From positions 8,742,001 through 8,806,000 of the forward strand of contig OX597824.1 in assembly GCA_951406725.2 (NCBI GenBank): 64,000 nt of DNA, written 5' to 3'. The position numbers were made by a program, and so were the translations under genes. Positions 60,763 through 64,000 of the stretch are shown in pieces. Within the stretch, counting starts at the first letter, position 1, and every line of letters begins with the position of its first letter. Source of the stretch: Octopus vulgaris (lineage: Eukaryota). The notes under the pieces were generated by a model. It made no database searches. It was not told where the DNA came from and saw only the letters and a program-made list of their open reading frames with translations.

Positions 60763-62511
60763 GCGATACTCTTTCTCTCTCTCTCTCTCTTACACATACA
60801 AACACACACGCACACACACACCCACACCCACACGCCCACACACATACACACACACACGCAAATATTCCTATATTCTACGCCTCTTACAGAATGCCTTATA
60901 ATAAATCCTGTCCATGTATACCGCTGCAGAACGATATATTTAGTTAACTGGACGATACATTATCAACCCTATATCACTAGATTCTGCTACACTCTTTTCT
61001 TTTCACATTCCTTTCCATCGAAGCTGTCTCCCGTTGTATAGGCTTCGCTTACTACGGCGAAAATTCTCGTTCGCCCACCTCTACACCTACGTTCGCCCTT
61101 TGTCCGGTTGTTTTGGAACTTTGCCAAAATGTTCGAATACAGCACACACGCAGTTAACAACGTCCAGCACAGCATAGCACTGCGCTGCACAGCGCATCCC
61201 GACAATCAACTCTCTCTTGACAAACTGCTGTGAACAATAGGAAGTATATCTTCTTAGAATGGGAATCGATATAGGAAATTGGTGATATGCAGAGCTGAAC
61301 AAATACCAACGTACATACATACATACATACATGCATACATACATACATACATACATACATACATAGAAATCAGCTCTTTCTTGAAATAAAACTGAATAGT
61401 GACATACATACATACATGCATACATACATGCATACAAACATACATGCATGCATACATACATCCATGCATGCATACATACATCCATGCATGCATATATACA
61501 TGCATATATACATGCATACATACATTCATACATACATGCATACACACATACATACATGCATACAAACATCCATGCATGCATACATACATCCATGCATACA
61601 TACATACATGCATATATACATGCATACATACATACATGCATTCACACATACATACATGCATACAAACATACATGCATGCATACATACATGCATACATACA
61701 TCCATGCATACATACATACATTCATACATACATGCATACTCACATACATGCAAGCATACAAACATACATGCATGCATACAAGCATACATGCATGCATACA
61801 TACATGCATACATACATACATACATACATACATACATACATACTTACATACATACAAACATACATGGATGCATACATACATGCATATATACATACATATA
61901 TACGCAGTGAAGATTTGCAAGGCATTCCAAAGATACTCCAGCTGAAATTCTTTAGCTGAATAGATACACACACTTAGGTGTATGTTTCGGCATCTCAATC
62001 AACACATCAACTCAACCAGTTTAACCGAAAGAAGCCATTATTTAACGTTTTCGAAAGTCAAGGTCTAGAAGTACCAGTGCTATACTGAGGTCTGTTTGAT
62101 CAATTACGTATATTTTCTAGACGTGATTAATGATATCTGGCTTTGCTCCAAAGTTAGATATCACCATTTATCTCATTTAATTTCTATGTTGAACATATAT
62201 ATCTTGCAAAGAACACCTCACTGCATAATCTATTTCTGTTGAATTAATTCACAATAAATAGAACTTAATTAATGTTCTGTTAAATCGACCAGTTAAAATT
62301 TATGTGTCTGAACTAAGAACGAGTTAGAAAATTTGAACTTAGAATCTTCGCCCCTCTTTTTTATTCATGGTGTTTAACTCACGCAGTCATTTCTTTGACT
62401 TATATGTTTATAAATTAGTAATATAAATCCACTTAAGACAATAACGAACAGTATACTCATCACTCAGATTTAGTAAGGTCTAGTATGAAGCAGTATGCCC
62501 TCGTATATTGT

Positions 62512-62984
62512 TATTTCTTTACTACCCACAAGGGGCTAAACATAGAGGGGACAAACAAGGACAGACAAAGGGATTAAGTCGATTACATCGACCCCAGTGT
62601 GTAACTGGTACTTAATATAACGGCAGACGAAGTACCTATTTCTTTACTACCCACAAAAGGATAAACATAGAGGGGACAAGCAAGGACAGACAAAGGGATT
62701 AAGTCGATTACATCGACCCCAGTGCGTAACTGGTACTTAATATAACGGCAGACGAAGTAACTATTTCTTTACTACCCACAAGGGGATAAACATAGAGGGG
62801 ACAAACAAGGACAGACAAACGGATTAAGTCGATTACATCGACCCCAGTGTGTAACTGGTACTTAATTTATCGACCCCCCCCCGAAAGCAAAGTCGACCTC
62901 AGCAGAATTTGAACTCAGAACGTAACCGCAGACGAAATACCGCTAAGCATTTCGCCCGGCGTGCTAACGATTCTGCCAGCTCGC
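62512..62984 (-). mobile_element. SINE family A with a triplicated 125-bp 3' unit
   Basis: Units start at 62512, 62637 and 62762; head at ~62890-62984. Confidence 0.8.
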
Positions 62985-63652
62985 AGTCTTATGCATTCGT
63001 ATATTGTTTTAGACTCGAATGTATTCACGGACTTCACAGCAGCACCCTCTACCACCACTCTCGGTCCCTTCATCCTTGGCCCAGCGGCACATCGAGGATG
63101 TAGCAATTGGAAAGAGATAGCTACACCAGCACCAGTCTTGTACTTGCTTACTCCTGAATACAATGGCCTCACGTGAAATGAAATGCCTTTCTTAAGGACA
63201 CAGCGCGCCGTCTTATCCTGAAATTGAACCCGCGACCTTTGAATCGTGAGCCTTCTTAAAATTTGCCAAATGTGAACGCGATATTACTATCTATTAAGGT
63301 TCGGGTGGATAGAAGAGTTAGGGTATCGGAAAAAATACTTTGTGTTATATAATTTCAGCCTTGCCTTTAAGTTCTAAGTTCGAATTCTGCTGAAATCATC
63401 TTTTGCAGGTATTTTCTGCGTTACGGAAGCGTTGTGTTCATGAAAACAATGCCATAACATGAGCCTTCGTAACGCGAAATATTTACCATTGATTCCCTTG
63501 TTTATTGACAAGTCAATGGAAAGTAGACTCCGTGTTTCAACAGAAATTCAACACATTCTTCCGTAATGCGGGGATACCTACAATACACACACATATATAT
63601 ACATTTTTTGATTTCAGTGTAATGTAATATCTGTTATTATGGTTGATAAGAA

Positions 63653-63750
<98 letters not shown>

Positions 63751-63921
63751 AGACAGGAAGCGTTGAAGAATTTTATTTTTGTCAACCATGGGAAAATCTA
63801 ACAGATTTTACTCTGCATCGAAACCTCAAGTAAATGTGATGGACATAATATCAAATATTTGTAATATATCCTATGCACTCAATAATAGTCATATTTAAGT
63901 CTATATAAATATACATATACA

Positions 63922-64000
63922 TATCACGTGATCACGTGACCGACCAGACCATCAGCTGTTGCTACACATCGCTGGTCACAATGCGTTCGCATTGTTTTAG
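63922..64000 (-). mobile_element. SINE family D 3' end (runs off the window)
   Basis: Reverse complement of 17791-17868. Confidence 0.75.

Overview
AT-rich eukaryotic DNA dominated by microsatellites. The SINE families and repeat landscape suggest an octopod cephalopod (inference). Almost all ORFs in the supplied track are simple-repeat artefacts. One host exon is supported: a ~1.33-kb minus-strand coding exon (43813->42486) with a canonical acceptor and donor, encoding a signal peptide and a Ser/Thr-rich mucin-like region; the gene is not identified. The rest is retroelements: a young 5'-truncated Penelope-like element (PLE; RT + GIY-YIG, Naiad-like) with an inverted terminal repeat, decayed Neptune- and Poseidon-type PLE fragments, a Tx1/L1-clade LINE 3' end in (TATC)n, an RTE-like LINE 3' end with C2H2 fingers, four tRNA-derived SINE families, a 14x40-bp minisatellite and a 3-kb (CCA)n tract. 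The main unannotated signal is about 11 type I hammerhead-ribozyme (HHR) motifs, folded by eye, of at least four architectures. They sit on short elements, mostly anchored in (TA)n and often in tail-out inverted pairs, and two element copies begin almost exactly at a predicted self-cleavage site.
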